Position numbers and translations under genes: made by a program. DNA of 64,000 nucleotides from an uncultured Verrucomicrobiae bacterium (lineage in GTDB: Bacteria; Verrucomicrobiota; Verrucomicrobiia; Chthoniobacterales; JAATET01): the NCBI GenBank assembly GCA_963719495.1, contig CAVRCI010000015.1:96001-160000 (forward strand), written 5' to 3'. Under the pieces are notes generated by a model. That model saw nothing but the letters and a program-made list of their open reading frames with translations, searched no databases and had not been told where the DNA came from. Positions 1-9,347 of this stretch are shown here, one piece after another. Each line of letters opens with the position of its first letter. Position 1 is the first letter of the stretch.

Positions 1-35
1 GTAGAGCGGATGGGGATTTGCCGGAGGCGCGGGTG

Positions 36-81
36 GTGAGGTGAGATGTCAGAGATGCTTCGCTTCGCTCAGTATGACAGG
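36..81 (+). repeat. REP-like palindromic element, family A (AGAGATGCTTCGCTTCGCTCAG.ATGACAGG)
   Basis: Near-identical 46-nt copy at 23229-23274; related copies at 33341-33377 (inverted), 33450-33522 and 59502-59574. Confidence 0.8.
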
Positions 82-335
82 GGGGGAGCGGAGGCCTGGT
101 GGTGGGCGGTGGTTTTCCTCCCAAGTCTCCCCGGCGTCGACCGATAAAACGTAACGACCGTTACGTTTTATCGGGGGCGGATGCATTGCGGCAGTTCTCA
201 TTTTGGGGTAGCGGCGGACAGGGGGGAGATGTGAGAGGGTTGGAGCAAAGGGATGAGCGTGGAGTGGCCGCCGAGATTCGGGGTGGACTGTCGGGGTGGA
301 CTTGATTTGCCGAACGGGATTGATAGCGTTCTCCA

Positions 336-1016
336 GTGATTGGCAACGGGATATTGGGCGGTCAGGCCTTGGGTGGCACGGCTTCCCGAACGCGATTGGT
401 TGGATGGCTGAAAGAGCGGCTGGTCTCGGATTGCCTCCTCATTGGGGAAATCGTGGTTGGGCCTGGCCTCACGATCAGGCACCGCGAAGAAGGTCGGAAC
501 GAAGGGCTCACCGTTTACACGAATGCGAACGACGCGCTTGAGATCGCGAAGTATGATTCCGCGGGGGCTTACCGACCCTTGAAGACGGCACCGAATTTGG
601 TGCGAGGTTGGAAATTGCGGCTGGAGACGGTGGAAGAGCTCAAGCTGGCGTTGGATTTTTTCTATCCGGCGGCGATTGGGACCTGGCTGGCGGCGGAGCG
701 GGGCGAGCTCGAGGCGGTGCCGCTGCGGGAGACTTTGGGGCGTCAGACCGGGATGTATCGGGTGACTCGCTTGATGAACGATGAGCAGGCGGATGAGTTG
801 AATCGCACGGCGTGCGATCGGGCGACCGGGTGTCTGCGGCGGAATTTGTGGCCGCTGGATGTCGGGCGGGATGCGCCGTTGACGGAATCTTTGGCCGCCG
901 TGCGGGCGAGTGTGGCTGGGACGACGGAGGTGCCGATCCTTTGCGCGGAGGCGTGCAATTTGTTGGTGGCGGCGGCGCGGCCCTTGGGGAAGGCGAACCT
1001 GCCGCCGAAGGGGTGA
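336..1016 (+). CDS. DR2241-family protein (putative 4Fe-4S domain)
   Basis: Motifs AKYDSAGAYRPLKTAPNLVRGW, ALDFFYPA, LRETLGRQTGMY; Cys cluster C..C..CAEAC; start uncertain (GTG 336). Confidence 0.75.
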   Translation: MIGNGILGGQALGGTASRTRLVGWLKERLVSDCLLIGEIVVGPGLTIRHREEGRNEGLTVYTNANDALEIAKYDSAGAYRPLKTAPNLVRGWKLRLETVEELKLALDFFYPAAIGTWLAAERGELEAVPLRETLGRQTGMYRVTRLMNDEQADELNRTACDRATGCLRRNLWPLDVGRDAPLTESLAAVRASVAGTTEVPILCAEACNLLVAAARPLGKANLPPKG

Positions 1017-1084
1017 TGTCGACGCTCGCGACGAGACCGAATTTGGAAGTTCGCATGGAATCGGCTTTCCGTCGATTTTGGGTG

Positions 1085-1111
1085 GGTGATCGGCTGGAAG
1101 CCGATGGCACG
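1085..1111 (+). repeat. REP-like hairpin, family B (GGTGATCGGCTGGAAGCCGAT..CACG)
   Basis: Further copies at 39021, 40840, 52291 and 55082. Confidence 0.8.
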
Positions 1112-1137
1112 AGCGTGGAAAGCTGGTTTGATCTTCG

Positions 1138-2349
1138 ATGATCGCGCACCGGGCGCGGGTGGTGATCACGATGGACGGGCCGCCCATCGAGGATGGAGTG
1201 GTCGTGGTGGCGGGGCCGACGATCGAGTCGGTCGGGCGGTTTCGGGATTGGGATGGCGGTGGCGAGGTGGTCGATCACGGGGAGGTGGCGCTCCTGCCCG
1301 GATTGATCAACGCGCATTGTCACCTGGACTACACGGCGATGCGGGGTGCGATCCTGCAGCGGTCGAGCTTCGCGGCTTGGGTGCGGAGGATCAATGAGCT
1401 GAAGCGGACGATGTCGGACGACGATTATTTGGCGTCGATCGCGACGGGATTTGCGGAATTGGCGCGCTGGGGGACGACGACCGTTCTCAACGTCGAGGCG
1501 TTTCCGGAGTTGATGGGAAGGCTGCCGACACCGCCGCTGCGGACGTGGTGGTTCTACGAGCTGCTGGATCTGCGGAATCGGATTCACACGGACGAGGTGG
1601 TGCGGGGGGCGCTGTCGTTTTTTGAGGAGCGGCCGGATTGGCGCGGCGGGTTTGGGCTTTCGCCGCACGCGCCTTATTCGACCTCGGTGGAGCTTTACCG
1701 GCTGGCGCGGGCCTGCTCGGAGTCGATGGGGATGCCGTTCATGACGCACCTCGCGGAGTCGGAGGAGGAGTCGCGGATGTTCGGCGACGGGGAGGGGGCG
1801 ATGTTCGAATTTTTGTCGAAGCTGGGCCGGGACATGAGCGACACGGGCGGGCGGACGCCGATCCAGCATCTGCTCGAGGCGGACGCGCTGCCGGTGGGCG
1901 CGATGCTGGTCCACATGAATCACGTGACGGGTGCGGACCGGATGGCGCTCGCGCGGCGGGCGGGGGATTTTCACGTGATTCATTGCCCGGGTTGTCACGC
2001 TTACTTCGACCGGCCGCCTTTCCCTTATGCGACGCACCGCGAGTTGGGTTTCCCCGTTTCGCTCGGGACGGACAGTCTGGCGAGCAACGGGGCGCTGAAT
2101 CTGTTCGCGGAGATGCGGACGTTTCGGCGGAATTTCCCCGACGTGCCGCCGGACGAGGTGCTGGCGATGATCACGACGAATCCGGCGGCGGCCGTGGGGA
2201 TGGCGGGGCGGCTGGGAGTGCTGCGCCGGGGGGCGCTCGCGGATTGGGTGGCGATCCCGTTCGCGGGCTCGGCCGGGGCGGCGGTCGAGGCGGTGGTGGA
2301 GAATCGGTCGGTGCCGAAGTTCGTGATGCGGGACGGTCAGAGCGCGTAG
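1138..2349 (+). CDS. Metal-dependent amidohydrolase (SsnA/MtaD-like deaminase)
   Basis: LLPGLINAHCHLD, LSPHAPYS, THLAES, LGTDSLASN metal-binding motifs. Confidence 0.85.
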   Translation: MIAHRARVVITMDGPPIEDGVVVVAGPTIESVGRFRDWDGGGEVVDHGEVALLPGLINAHCHLDYTAMRGAILQRSSFAAWVRRINELKRTMSDDDYLASIATGFAELARWGTTTVLNVEAFPELMGRLPTPPLRTWWFYELLDLRNRIHTDEVVRGALSFFEERPDWRGGFGLSPHAPYSTSVELYRLARACSESMGMPFMTHLAESEEESRMFGDGEGAMFEFLSKLGRDMSDTGGRTPIQHLLEADALPVGAMLVHMNHVTGADRMALARRAGDFHVIHCPGCHAYFDRPPFPYATHRELGFPVSLGTDSLASNGALNLFAEMRTFRRNFPDVPPDEVLAMITTNPAAAVGMAGRLGVLRRGALADWVAIPFAGSAGAAVEAVVENRSVPKFVMRDGQSA

Positions 2350-4487
2350 TCGGCGGTGGTGGCGGGGAGGTCGATCCGGCGGAGGTTGTCGTCGGCGGCG
2401 AGGAGGTGGCGGGTGAGTTGCTCGTAGCGACCGGTGTAGCCCATCAGGCGGACGGCGTCGGGGAAGGGGGCGTCGGCGGAAAAGATCCACGAGCGAACGC
2501 GGAGGCTCCATTCCCGCCACTCGGCGAGGAGGTTGGTGAGCTTGGAGCGGTCGCTTTTCGGCGGGCGGTTTTCGGCGAGGCTTGCGTGTTGTTCGGCGAG
2601 GTTGGCGGTGATTGCGGACGCGAGGCGATCGAGCAGCGCGTGGCCTTCCCCGGCGAGTTCGCCCGGTAGGATGGGGCGGAGGAGGCCGGCGCAGGCGAAG
2701 AGGTCGCTCGCGACTTGGCGGAGACTTTCGAGGTAACTCTCGAGGGCGGGCGTCCCGGCGGCGGGGAGGTTCGCGAGGGCGGTCCGGCATTCCGCTGGAA
2801 CGAGGGCCATGCGAATGCGGTCGGCGAGCGGGGTCCCGGGGACTCCGACCGTGGAGAGAACGCGGCAATGGCCGACGAATTCGACGAGCCGGTCGCGGAG
2901 AACGTGCTGGGGGAGGACCGGCCAGAGAAGTCGTTGGACGAGTGCGCTGATGACGAGGGCGAGGGTGAGGCCGAAGAAAATGTCGGCGATTTGTTGAAAT
3001 TCGACGGGTTGTTGGGCGTTCAGGCCGAGGACGCCGACGGTGAGCAGCATGGCGATCTGGTGCGGCATTCCGATGCCGGAGCCGAGTCGGAATCGGCTGC
3101 CCCACAGGAAGAGGGCGGTGAAGAGGAAGACGTTGAGAACGGCGTAGCTGGAAAAGAGCGGAGCGGCGACGAGGAGGGCGAGGCAGGCGCCGGCGGTGAC
3201 GAGCGAATAGAGGGCGGCGAGGTGGAGGGCGCGCCGGTCGCCTCCGCCGCCCGGGGAGAGCGGGGAGAAAACGGTGAAGATGAAGGCACCCAGGACCATG
3301 AGCTGACCGCCGGGCGGGTCGAGCCAATCGAGGAGGATGAGCGACGAGCCGACGGCGACGGCGGCTTTGAGTCCGGTGCGAATCGCGAGGGTGGGCGGGA
3401 CGAAGGATTGCGGCGTCGTGCCGGCTCCGACCGCGCGGGGCGGCGGAGCGTCGAGCCGGTCGAGGAATCCGTGGAGTTGACCGACGAGGCGGATGATTTC
3501 GTCGAGCGCCAGGGCGTGGACGCCGAAGACAAGGGCTTCCTCCGACGAAACCTCGGCGGCATCGGCCCGAGCGCGCAGTGAGCGCACTTTTTCCTCGAAT
3601 TTGGCGTAGGCCTTCGGGAGGTCGGATCGGTCCGGGGCGTCGTTTCGCTCGGCGGCGGCGGCGAGGTTGCGGAGTGCCGTCGACAGCGCGGCGTGGAGAG
3701 CGATGAGTTCCGCGTCGACCTTGCCGCGGTAGAAAGACTGGGCGGGAAGCGGCTCGCCCAGGGTGCGGATGGCACCGGCGATCCGGCTGATGCCGCTCAC
3801 GATCTCGGAGTAAACGTCGATGCGGGCGCTGAAGTAGCGGCTTTCACGGGCCCCGTATTGCAGGAGGGTGCGAAGGCCGGTGAGCCGGAGCGGAAAGGTG
3901 GCGACGCGGGCACGGTCTTCGGCGGAGACGCTTCCGTGCAGGACGGGACGGTGCTCGTCGAAACTGGCGGCGAGATCGAGGAAGGCTTCGGTCATCCGAT
4001 TTCGAAACTCGACCCGGGCATACCGGGGCCACAGGAGGAGGCTCACCAGCATCACGACGACGATGCCGAGGATGATCTCCTCGGCGCGGACCAGCGCAAT
4101 GCGCCACGAGAACGCCGGGTCGCCGAAGCCGTCGGTGATGACGACCACGGCGGTGAGTCCGGTGAGGAGGAACGCGTAGGGCGCGTGTTTCTGACCAAAC
4201 ATCGCGACGCAAAACGTGACGAGGAGTCCGACGACGAGCAGGAAGAGTGGCGGCTCCTGCTGCAGACTGTCGAGCACGAGGTAACCGAGCGCGCCACCGA
4301 CGACGGTCCCGATCACTCGGAAGACGGCCTTTTCGGCGATCTCACCGACGTAGGGCGCGATCATGAGGACGAAAACCGTGAAGAGTGCCCAGGTGGGTTG
4401 GCCGAGTCGGAGGACGAGGGAAAGGTGGATGGCGAGCAGACCGGCGACGCCGAATTTCAGGCCGGTGCGGAAGGCGAGCTTGTCCAC
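2337..4487 (-). CDS. FUSC-family (AaeB/FusC-like) efflux membrane protein
   Basis: Two hydrophobic modules; KAVFRVIGTVVGG, YAFLLTGLT, RAEEIILGI..LLWP; GTG start inferred at 4487. Confidence 0.8.
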   Translation of the reverse strand: MDKLAFRTGLKFGVAGLLAIHLSLVLRLGQPTWALFTVFVLMIAPYVGEIAEKAVFRVIGTVVGGALGYLVLDSLQQEPPLFLLVVGLLVTFCVAMFGQKHAPYAFLLTGLTAVVVITDGFGDPAFSWRIALVRAEEIILGIVVVMLVSLLLWPRYARVEFRNRMTEAFLDLAASFDEHRPVLHGSVSAEDRARVATFPLRLTGLRTLLQYGARESRYFSARIDVYSEIVSGISRIAGAIRTLGEPLPAQSFYRGKVDAELIALHAALSTALRNLAAAAERNDAPDRSDLPKAYAKFEEKVRSLRARADAAEVSSEEALVFGVHALALDEIIRLVGQLHGFLDRLDAPPPRAVGAGTTPQSFVPPTLAIRTGLKAAVAVGSSLILLDWLDPPGGQLMVLGAFIFTVFSPLSPGGGGDRRALHLAALYSLVTAGACLALLVAAPLFSSYAVLNVFLFTALFLWGSRFRLGSGIGMPHQIAMLLTVGVLGLNAQQPVEFQQIADIFFGLTLALVISALVQRLLWPVLPQHVLRDRLVEFVGHCRVLSTVGVPGTPLADRIRMALVPAECRTALANLPAAGTPALESYLESLRQVASDLFACAGLLRPILPGELAGEGHALLDRLASAITANLAEQHASLAENRPPKSDRSKLTNLLAEWREWSLRVRSWIFSADAPFPDAVRLMGYTGRYEQLTRHLLAADDNLRRIDLPATTADYAL

Positions 4488-4565
4488 TTGATCCGGAAGC
4501 CAACACCGTTTGGGCGCGGAATTCAGCCTTTTGTTTGGCGGCGGATGCGGAGATTGTCTGCCTCG

Positions 4566-4787
4566 ATGGACTGGCTTGCCTCGTTGCACTCTCCGGAGAT
4601 CCGGCTCGGCGGATTCCTGGTCCCCTGGGGGATGGTGATTTCCGCGCTGGGGTTCCTCGCGGCGCTCGGGATCATGATCGGGCTCGAGCGTGGGGGGTGG
4701 ACCCGGCGGATCTGGCGGTTGCCGGTTTTTTTCGTGGGTTTGGCGGTGCTCGTGGGGTGCGGGTTGGGATTGTTGCTGGCGCCGTGA
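4566..4787 (+). CDS. DUF1656 (AaeX-like) small membrane protein
   Basis: 73 aa, PEIRLGGFLVPW...WTRRIWRLPVFF; stop overlaps start of HlyD gene (GTGA). Confidence 0.75.
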   Translation: MDWLASLHSPEIRLGGFLVPWGMVISALGFLAALGIMIGLERGGWTRRIWRLPVFFVGLAVLVGCGLGLLLAP

Positions 4788-5623
4788 AACGGGATTTGCG
4801 GGGTTACCTTCTCACGGGCGGGATCGTGCTGGCGGCGGTGGTCGTGGCGTTGCTGCTGCATGCGCGCTACACGTCGCGGCCCTGGACGCGGGACGCTCAG
4901 GTGCGGGCGAACGTCGTCGGGATCGCGCCCCGGGTGACGGGTCCGGTGGTGCGCATCGCGGTGCGGGATAATCAGGCGGTCGCGAAGGGCGATCTGCTGT
5001 TCGAAATCGATCCGGCGATCTTTCAGGCGCGGCTGGACGAGGCGAACGCGGCGCTCACTCGGACCGGTCGGGAATGGAAGCGGCAGACCGAGTTCTTCGA
5101 GACGAGTGTCACGGACGAACGGGCCAACGTGAACGGCCAGGACAATCTCGCCTCGGCGAAATCCCAGCTGGCCTCCGCGCGGGTGGCCGCCGAGGGCGCG
5201 AAGCTCGATCTCGGCTACACGAAGATCGTCGCGCCGGTCAACGGCTACATCACGAATCTGATGACGAGTCCGGGGACTTACGTCCGGGCGGGGCAGGAGT
5301 TGATGGCGCTCGTGGACCGCGATTCATTCTGGGTGGCGGCGTATTTCAAGGAAACCCAGCTCGCTCACATCACGGAGGGGCGGGCGGCTGAGATCACGTT
5401 GATGGGGCACGAGGCGTCGCCGTTTTCCGGAGAGATCGACAGCGTGGGGTGGGGTGTCCACCGGGCGGACGGTGCCGCGGCGGACGATTTGCTGCCGACG
5501 GTGAGTCAGACGCTCGACTGGGTGCGGCTACCGCAACGCTTCCCCGTGCGCGTGCGGATCACCGGTGAGCCGCCGGTGCCGCTGCGGATCGGACAGACGG
5601 CGTCGGTGGTCGCCGGCGAATAA
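4784..5623 (+). CDS. HlyD/AaeA-family membrane fusion protein
   Basis: PWTRDAQVRANVVGIAPRVTG, IVAPVNGYITNL, AYFKETQL, WVRLPQRFPVRV. Confidence 0.9.
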   Translation: MKRDLRGYLLTGGIVLAAVVVALLLHARYTSRPWTRDAQVRANVVGIAPRVTGPVVRIAVRDNQAVAKGDLLFEIDPAIFQARLDEANAALTRTGREWKRQTEFFETSVTDERANVNGQDNLASAKSQLASARVAAEGAKLDLGYTKIVAPVNGYITNLMTSPGTYVRAGQELMALVDRDSFWVAAYFKETQLAHITEGRAAEITLMGHEASPFSGEIDSVGWGVHRADGAAADDLLPTVSQTLDWVRLPQRFPVRVRITGEPPVPLRIGQTASVVAGE

Positions 5624-5791
5624 GGCGGTCGGGGGCGGGAGGCTGGCCGCAGCGCTGGACGGTCGTTGGCAAGTTACGTCTTCGCCACGCGGGCAAAGGT
5701 TTTGTCACAGGCGGCCCCTTTACGAGGTGTCCGGCCGGACCTAAATCCGGGGTCCGATGACGACAACCCAATCCAATCAGCATCTCGACCA

Positions 5792-7879
5792 ATGAAAAAT
5801 TCCCTGATCAAGCGGCTCAGCCGCCGAACTCTTTCGATGGCGACGGCGGCTTTCGCCCTGGCCGCCCAGGCGGCGAGCGCGCAATTCACCCTGACCGTCC
5901 TCCACAACAACGACGGCGAATCGAAGCTGATCGGTAACGCTCCCGAAGGATTCGGGGGCGCGGCCTACTTCGCGACCGTCCTGAACAACGAAAAGACCGC
6001 CGCGACGAACGCAGGCAACGGCGTCGTGACCATTTCCTCGGGCGACAATTTTCTGGCTGGCAAGACGTTTGCGGCCAGCCTGACGAATGGCACGTTCTAC
6101 GACGCGCTGGCGATCTCGTCGGTCGATTACGACGCGATCACTCTCGGCAACCACGATTTCGATTTCGGGCCCGATACCCTCGCCGATTTCATCGACGCGG
6201 TCACCGCCGGCGTCTACGTCTCGGCCAACCTCGACTTCACGGCGGAACCCGGCCTGCAAGCGTTGGTCACGGGTGGGAAAATCGCCCCGAGCGTCGTCGT
6301 CACGAAGAACGGCGAACAGATCGGGATCATCGGGCTCACGACCCCGACGATCACCAACATTTCGAGTCCCCGCGCGGTGGTGGTCGACAACGACGTCGCG
6401 GCGGCGGCGCAAGCCGAGATCGACCGGCTCACCGGGCTGGGTGTGAAGCACATCATCCTTGCGAGTCACCTCCAAGGGATCGAATCCGAGAAGGCTCTCG
6501 TTCCCCTGCTCTCCGGCGTGGACGTCGTCATCGCCGGTGGCGGCGACGAGATTCTGGCGAATCCGGGCGCGCTTTTGCTGCCCGATCAGGCTCCCTCCGA
6601 CCCCTACCCAGTGATCGTGAAAAACCGGGACGGCTTCGACGTTCCCATCGTGACGACCAACGGAGAATATCGATACGTCGGACGACTCGACGTCACCTTC
6701 GACGCAAACGGCGTGGTCGTCGGTGCCACGGGTAATCCGGTGCGCGTCGCCCGCGAAGACGCTCCGACGCCGACCGCGGACTCGGTCGCCGCGGACCCAG
6801 CGGTCAAAACGAACGCGGTGGATCCCGTCGTCGCATTCGTGGCGAACTTGAACGCCAACGTCATCGGGTCGAGCCAGAGCAATCTGGACGGACGGCGCAA
6901 CTCGATCCGAAGCGTCGAAACGAACCTCGGCAATCTGGTCGCGGACGCGTTTCTGAACGTGGCCCAGAAGCGGGCCGCGGTTTTTGGGGTGAACCCGCCG
7001 GGGGTCGCGCTCACGAACGGCGGGGGTATCCGGAACAACACGATCCTCCCTCCCGGGCCGCTGTCGGAAGGGACAACTTTCGACGTGAATGCCTTCAGCA
7101 ATTTTCTCGTGGTCGTGCCAGGCGTTCCGCTCGCGACTCTTCGATCGATCCTCGAGAATTCGCTCTCGCAGACGGTCGTCGATGGCGATGGCATGATTGT
7201 GCCGCAGGGTTCGAATACGGGTCGTTTCGCCCAGATTGCCGGTTTTCGGGTGGTTTACAACTTACAGGCTCCCGGTTCGCTCCTTTCGGCGGATGGCTCG
7301 GTCCTCAGCGATGGATCCCGGGTGAAGGATGTCTTCCTCGACAGCGGGCAGGCGCTGATTCTGGACGGGGTCCCCGCGCCCGGAGCGCCGACCACGGTCG
7401 ACGTCGCGACGTCGGCATTCCTCGCGGGTGGCGGTGATGGCTTCCCGTTTGGAGGAGTGCCCTTCACAACGCTCGGGATCACGGATCAACAAGCCCTGCT
7501 GGAATTCATCCGAAACGATCTCGCGGGGACGGTGACGGCGGCAACTTACGGAGGGCCCCGAGGTCGGATTCTTTCGGTTTCCCAGGCGTTGCCGCCCGAG
7601 CTGATCCCGCCGACTCCGCCGACCCCGCCGCTTCTCTCGGTGGCCGATCGCAACATCGTCGTCCGCAACGGGCGCAACGGCGTCAAGATTCGCGGAACGT
7701 CGACGTCCAACGCGTTCTTCGTCCTTGTCGATCGTGAGGTTGCCAATGGCACGACGACGTTTCAGAAGCGGGTCAGGTTGAAGGAAGGCCGGCGCGTCAC
7801 GAAGTTCCGGGTGCGGGCCGTGAACTCCGCCGGCCAATTTTCGCGGACGACCGTGGTGCGGGTGCGGCAACGCAAGTAG
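5792..7879 (+). CDS. Secreted bifunctional metallophosphatase/5'-nucleotidase with C-terminal extension
   Basis: Signal peptide (..AQAASA); LHNNDGES, SSGDNF, LGNHDFDFG, ETNLGNLVADA, NGGGIR, FLAGGGDGF. Confidence 0.9.
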   Translation: MKNSLIKRLSRRTLSMATAAFALAAQAASAQFTLTVLHNNDGESKLIGNAPEGFGGAAYFATVLNNEKTAATNAGNGVVTISSGDNFLAGKTFAASLTNGTFYDALAISSVDYDAITLGNHDFDFGPDTLADFIDAVTAGVYVSANLDFTAEPGLQALVTGGKIAPSVVVTKNGEQIGIIGLTTPTITNISSPRAVVVDNDVAAAAQAEIDRLTGLGVKHIILASHLQGIESEKALVPLLSGVDVVIAGGGDEILANPGALLLPDQAPSDPYPVIVKNRDGFDVPIVTTNGEYRYVGRLDVTFDANGVVVGATGNPVRVAREDAPTPTADSVAADPAVKTNAVDPVVAFVANLNANVIGSSQSNLDGRRNSIRSVETNLGNLVADAFLNVAQKRAAVFGVNPPGVALTNGGGIRNNTILPPGPLSEGTTFDVNAFSNFLVVVPGVPLATLRSILENSLSQTVVDGDGMIVPQGSNTGRFAQIAGFRVVYNLQAPGSLLSADGSVLSDGSRVKDVFLDSGQALILDGVPAPGAPTTVDVATSAFLAGGGDGFPFGGVPFTTLGITDQQALLEFIRNDLAGTVTAATYGGPRGRILSVSQALPPELIPPTPPTPPLLSVADRNIVVRNGRNGVKIRGTSTSNAFFVLVDREVANGTTTFQKRVRLKEGRRVTKFRVRAVNSAGQFSRTTVVRVRQRK

Positions 7880-7904
7880 CGCCGACGCTTTCCAGGAAAC
7901 TGGT

Positions 7905-7940
7905 AACACCGTCCCGCACCTCGAGGCGGGGCGGTGTTTT
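7905..7940 (+). terminator. Rho-independent terminator
   Basis: AACACCGTCCCGC-loop-GCGGGGCGGTGTT followed by Ts, just downstream of the nucleotidase stop. Confidence 0.6.
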
Positions 7941-8041
7941 GCGTTTGGCGGAGGTGTCCGCCGACGGCTCGCGGGAGCCTTGCCCCCTTGGTGACAGATG
8001 GGCCCCGGGTTGGGGACTCGACTCCCGGCAAATCGCGGGCG

Positions 8042-8503
8042 CTATTCGCCCGGAAAGGCCGGCAATCCGCCGACGGACATCCCAGGGTAGATCCCGGCTC
8101 GACCGAAATAGCCCTGCGGCACCTCGATCGTGTAGGCGATGCTCGAGAACTCGCTGTCGACCGGCGTCTCGTCGAGCGGCTGGAGATCGTGAATCTCCAT
8201 GATGATCCCGGCCGGATTCACGTAGGCGATCGACAGCGGGACGGACGTGTTGCGCATCCAAAAGCTCACGGGGCCGACCCGGTCCATCACGAAAAGCATC
8301 GCCTCGCCGTCCGCCATCGTTTCGCGAAACATCATCCCCGTGTTGCGCTCGGCCGGCTCGTCGGCGACTTCGGTGAGTAATTTCTCCGAGCCAATCGTGA
8401 GAATCACCGTCGGGAGCGTCGGCTGAGGGGCGTCGGCACGTAAAACACCCGGGGAGAGCAACGCGCCGACGAAGAGGAGGAGCGAAAAAAATGCGGATCG
8501 CAT
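8042..8503 (-). CDS. DUF192-domain exported protein
   Basis: Signal peptide; EVAD...GMMFR...MLFV...FWMRNTSVPLSIAY. Confidence 0.85.
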   Translation of the reverse strand: MRSAFFSLLLFVGALLSPGVLRADAPQPTLPTVILTIGSEKLLTEVADEPAERNTGMMFRETMADGEAMLFVMDRVGPVSFWMRNTSVPLSIAYVNPAGIIMEIHDLQPLDETPVDSEFSSIAYTIEVPQGYFGRAGIYPGMSVGGLPAFPGE

Positions 8504-8684
8504 GGGGCGAAAGGCTATCGAATCTGTTGACAGTGGCGAACCCGATTTCGCAATTTGGGCGAGTTTTCGGCGGTGCGTGAAGTGCCCGGAAACCATCAGA
8601 AAAGTGATTGCTATAAGTTTTTTTAATACTAGGTTCGACCACCTCGCCGGGTGCCAAGATCACCTGGCTGCTTGACCCATCGAA

Positions 8685-9347
8685 ATGGCGAATTTTTTTC
8701 CGAAATGGACGAACTGGCTTCCGTTGAAGCTCCTGATCTGCGTGGGGGCAGTGGTGAGTTTTCTGGTAGCCGGGATCTGGTATTATTTCACCCCGAAATA
8801 CACCCGCGTCGGCTATGAGCCGAACCAGCCGGTGCCCTTCTCGCACGTCATTCACGTCGAGCAGCTCGGGATGGATTGCCGCTACTGCCACAGCTTCGTC
8901 GAGGTCGCCTCCCACTCGAACGTGCCGACCACGCAGACCTGCATCACCTGCCACGGCGAAGGCCGCGTCCAGCACAACAATCCGAAGCTCACGGCGATCG
9001 TTGACAGCTGGGAGACCGGTCGGCCGATGCACTGGAACCGCATCCACGAGGTGCCCGATTACGCCTACTTCAACCACGCGGTGCACGTGAATCGAGGGGT
9101 GAGCTGCTACAGCTGCCACGGCAACGTCACCGAGATGGACGTCGTGTATCAGCACGAGCCGCAGAGCATGTCTTGGTGCCTGGAGTGCCACCGCGCTCCC
9201 GAGAATCACCTCCGTCCGCCGGAAGAGATCTATAACATGAACTGGAAACCCGTCGCTGGCGGCGAAACCCAGCTCGAGATCGGCACCAAGTTCAAGGAAG
9301 AATGGGCCGTCAATCCTCCCGTCACCTGCGGAGGCTGCCACCGATGA
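8685..9347 (+). CDS. actA: Alternative complex III pentaheme cytochrome c subunit ActA
   Basis: N-terminal TM; five CxxCH motifs (CRYCH, CITCH, CYSCH, CLECH, CGGCH); QPVPFSH. Confidence 0.9.
   Translation: MANFFPKWTNWLPLKLLICVGAVVSFLVAGIWYYFTPKYTRVGYEPNQPVPFSHVIHVEQLGMDCRYCHSFVEVASHSNVPTTQTCITCHGEGRVQHNNPKLTAIVDSWETGRPMHWNRIHEVPDYAYFNHAVHVNRGVSCYSCHGNVTEMDVVYQHEPQSMSWCLECHRAPENHLRPPEEIYNMNWKPVAGGETQLEIGTKFKEEWAVNPPVTCGGCHR

Noticed and set aside
640..3327. 895-aa minus-strand ORF and similar long R/P/G-rich ORFs (e.g. 9356-12568, 33511-35829, 57064-58710)
   Set aside because: Shadow frames of well-supported genes in high-GC DNA, with no recognisable motifs
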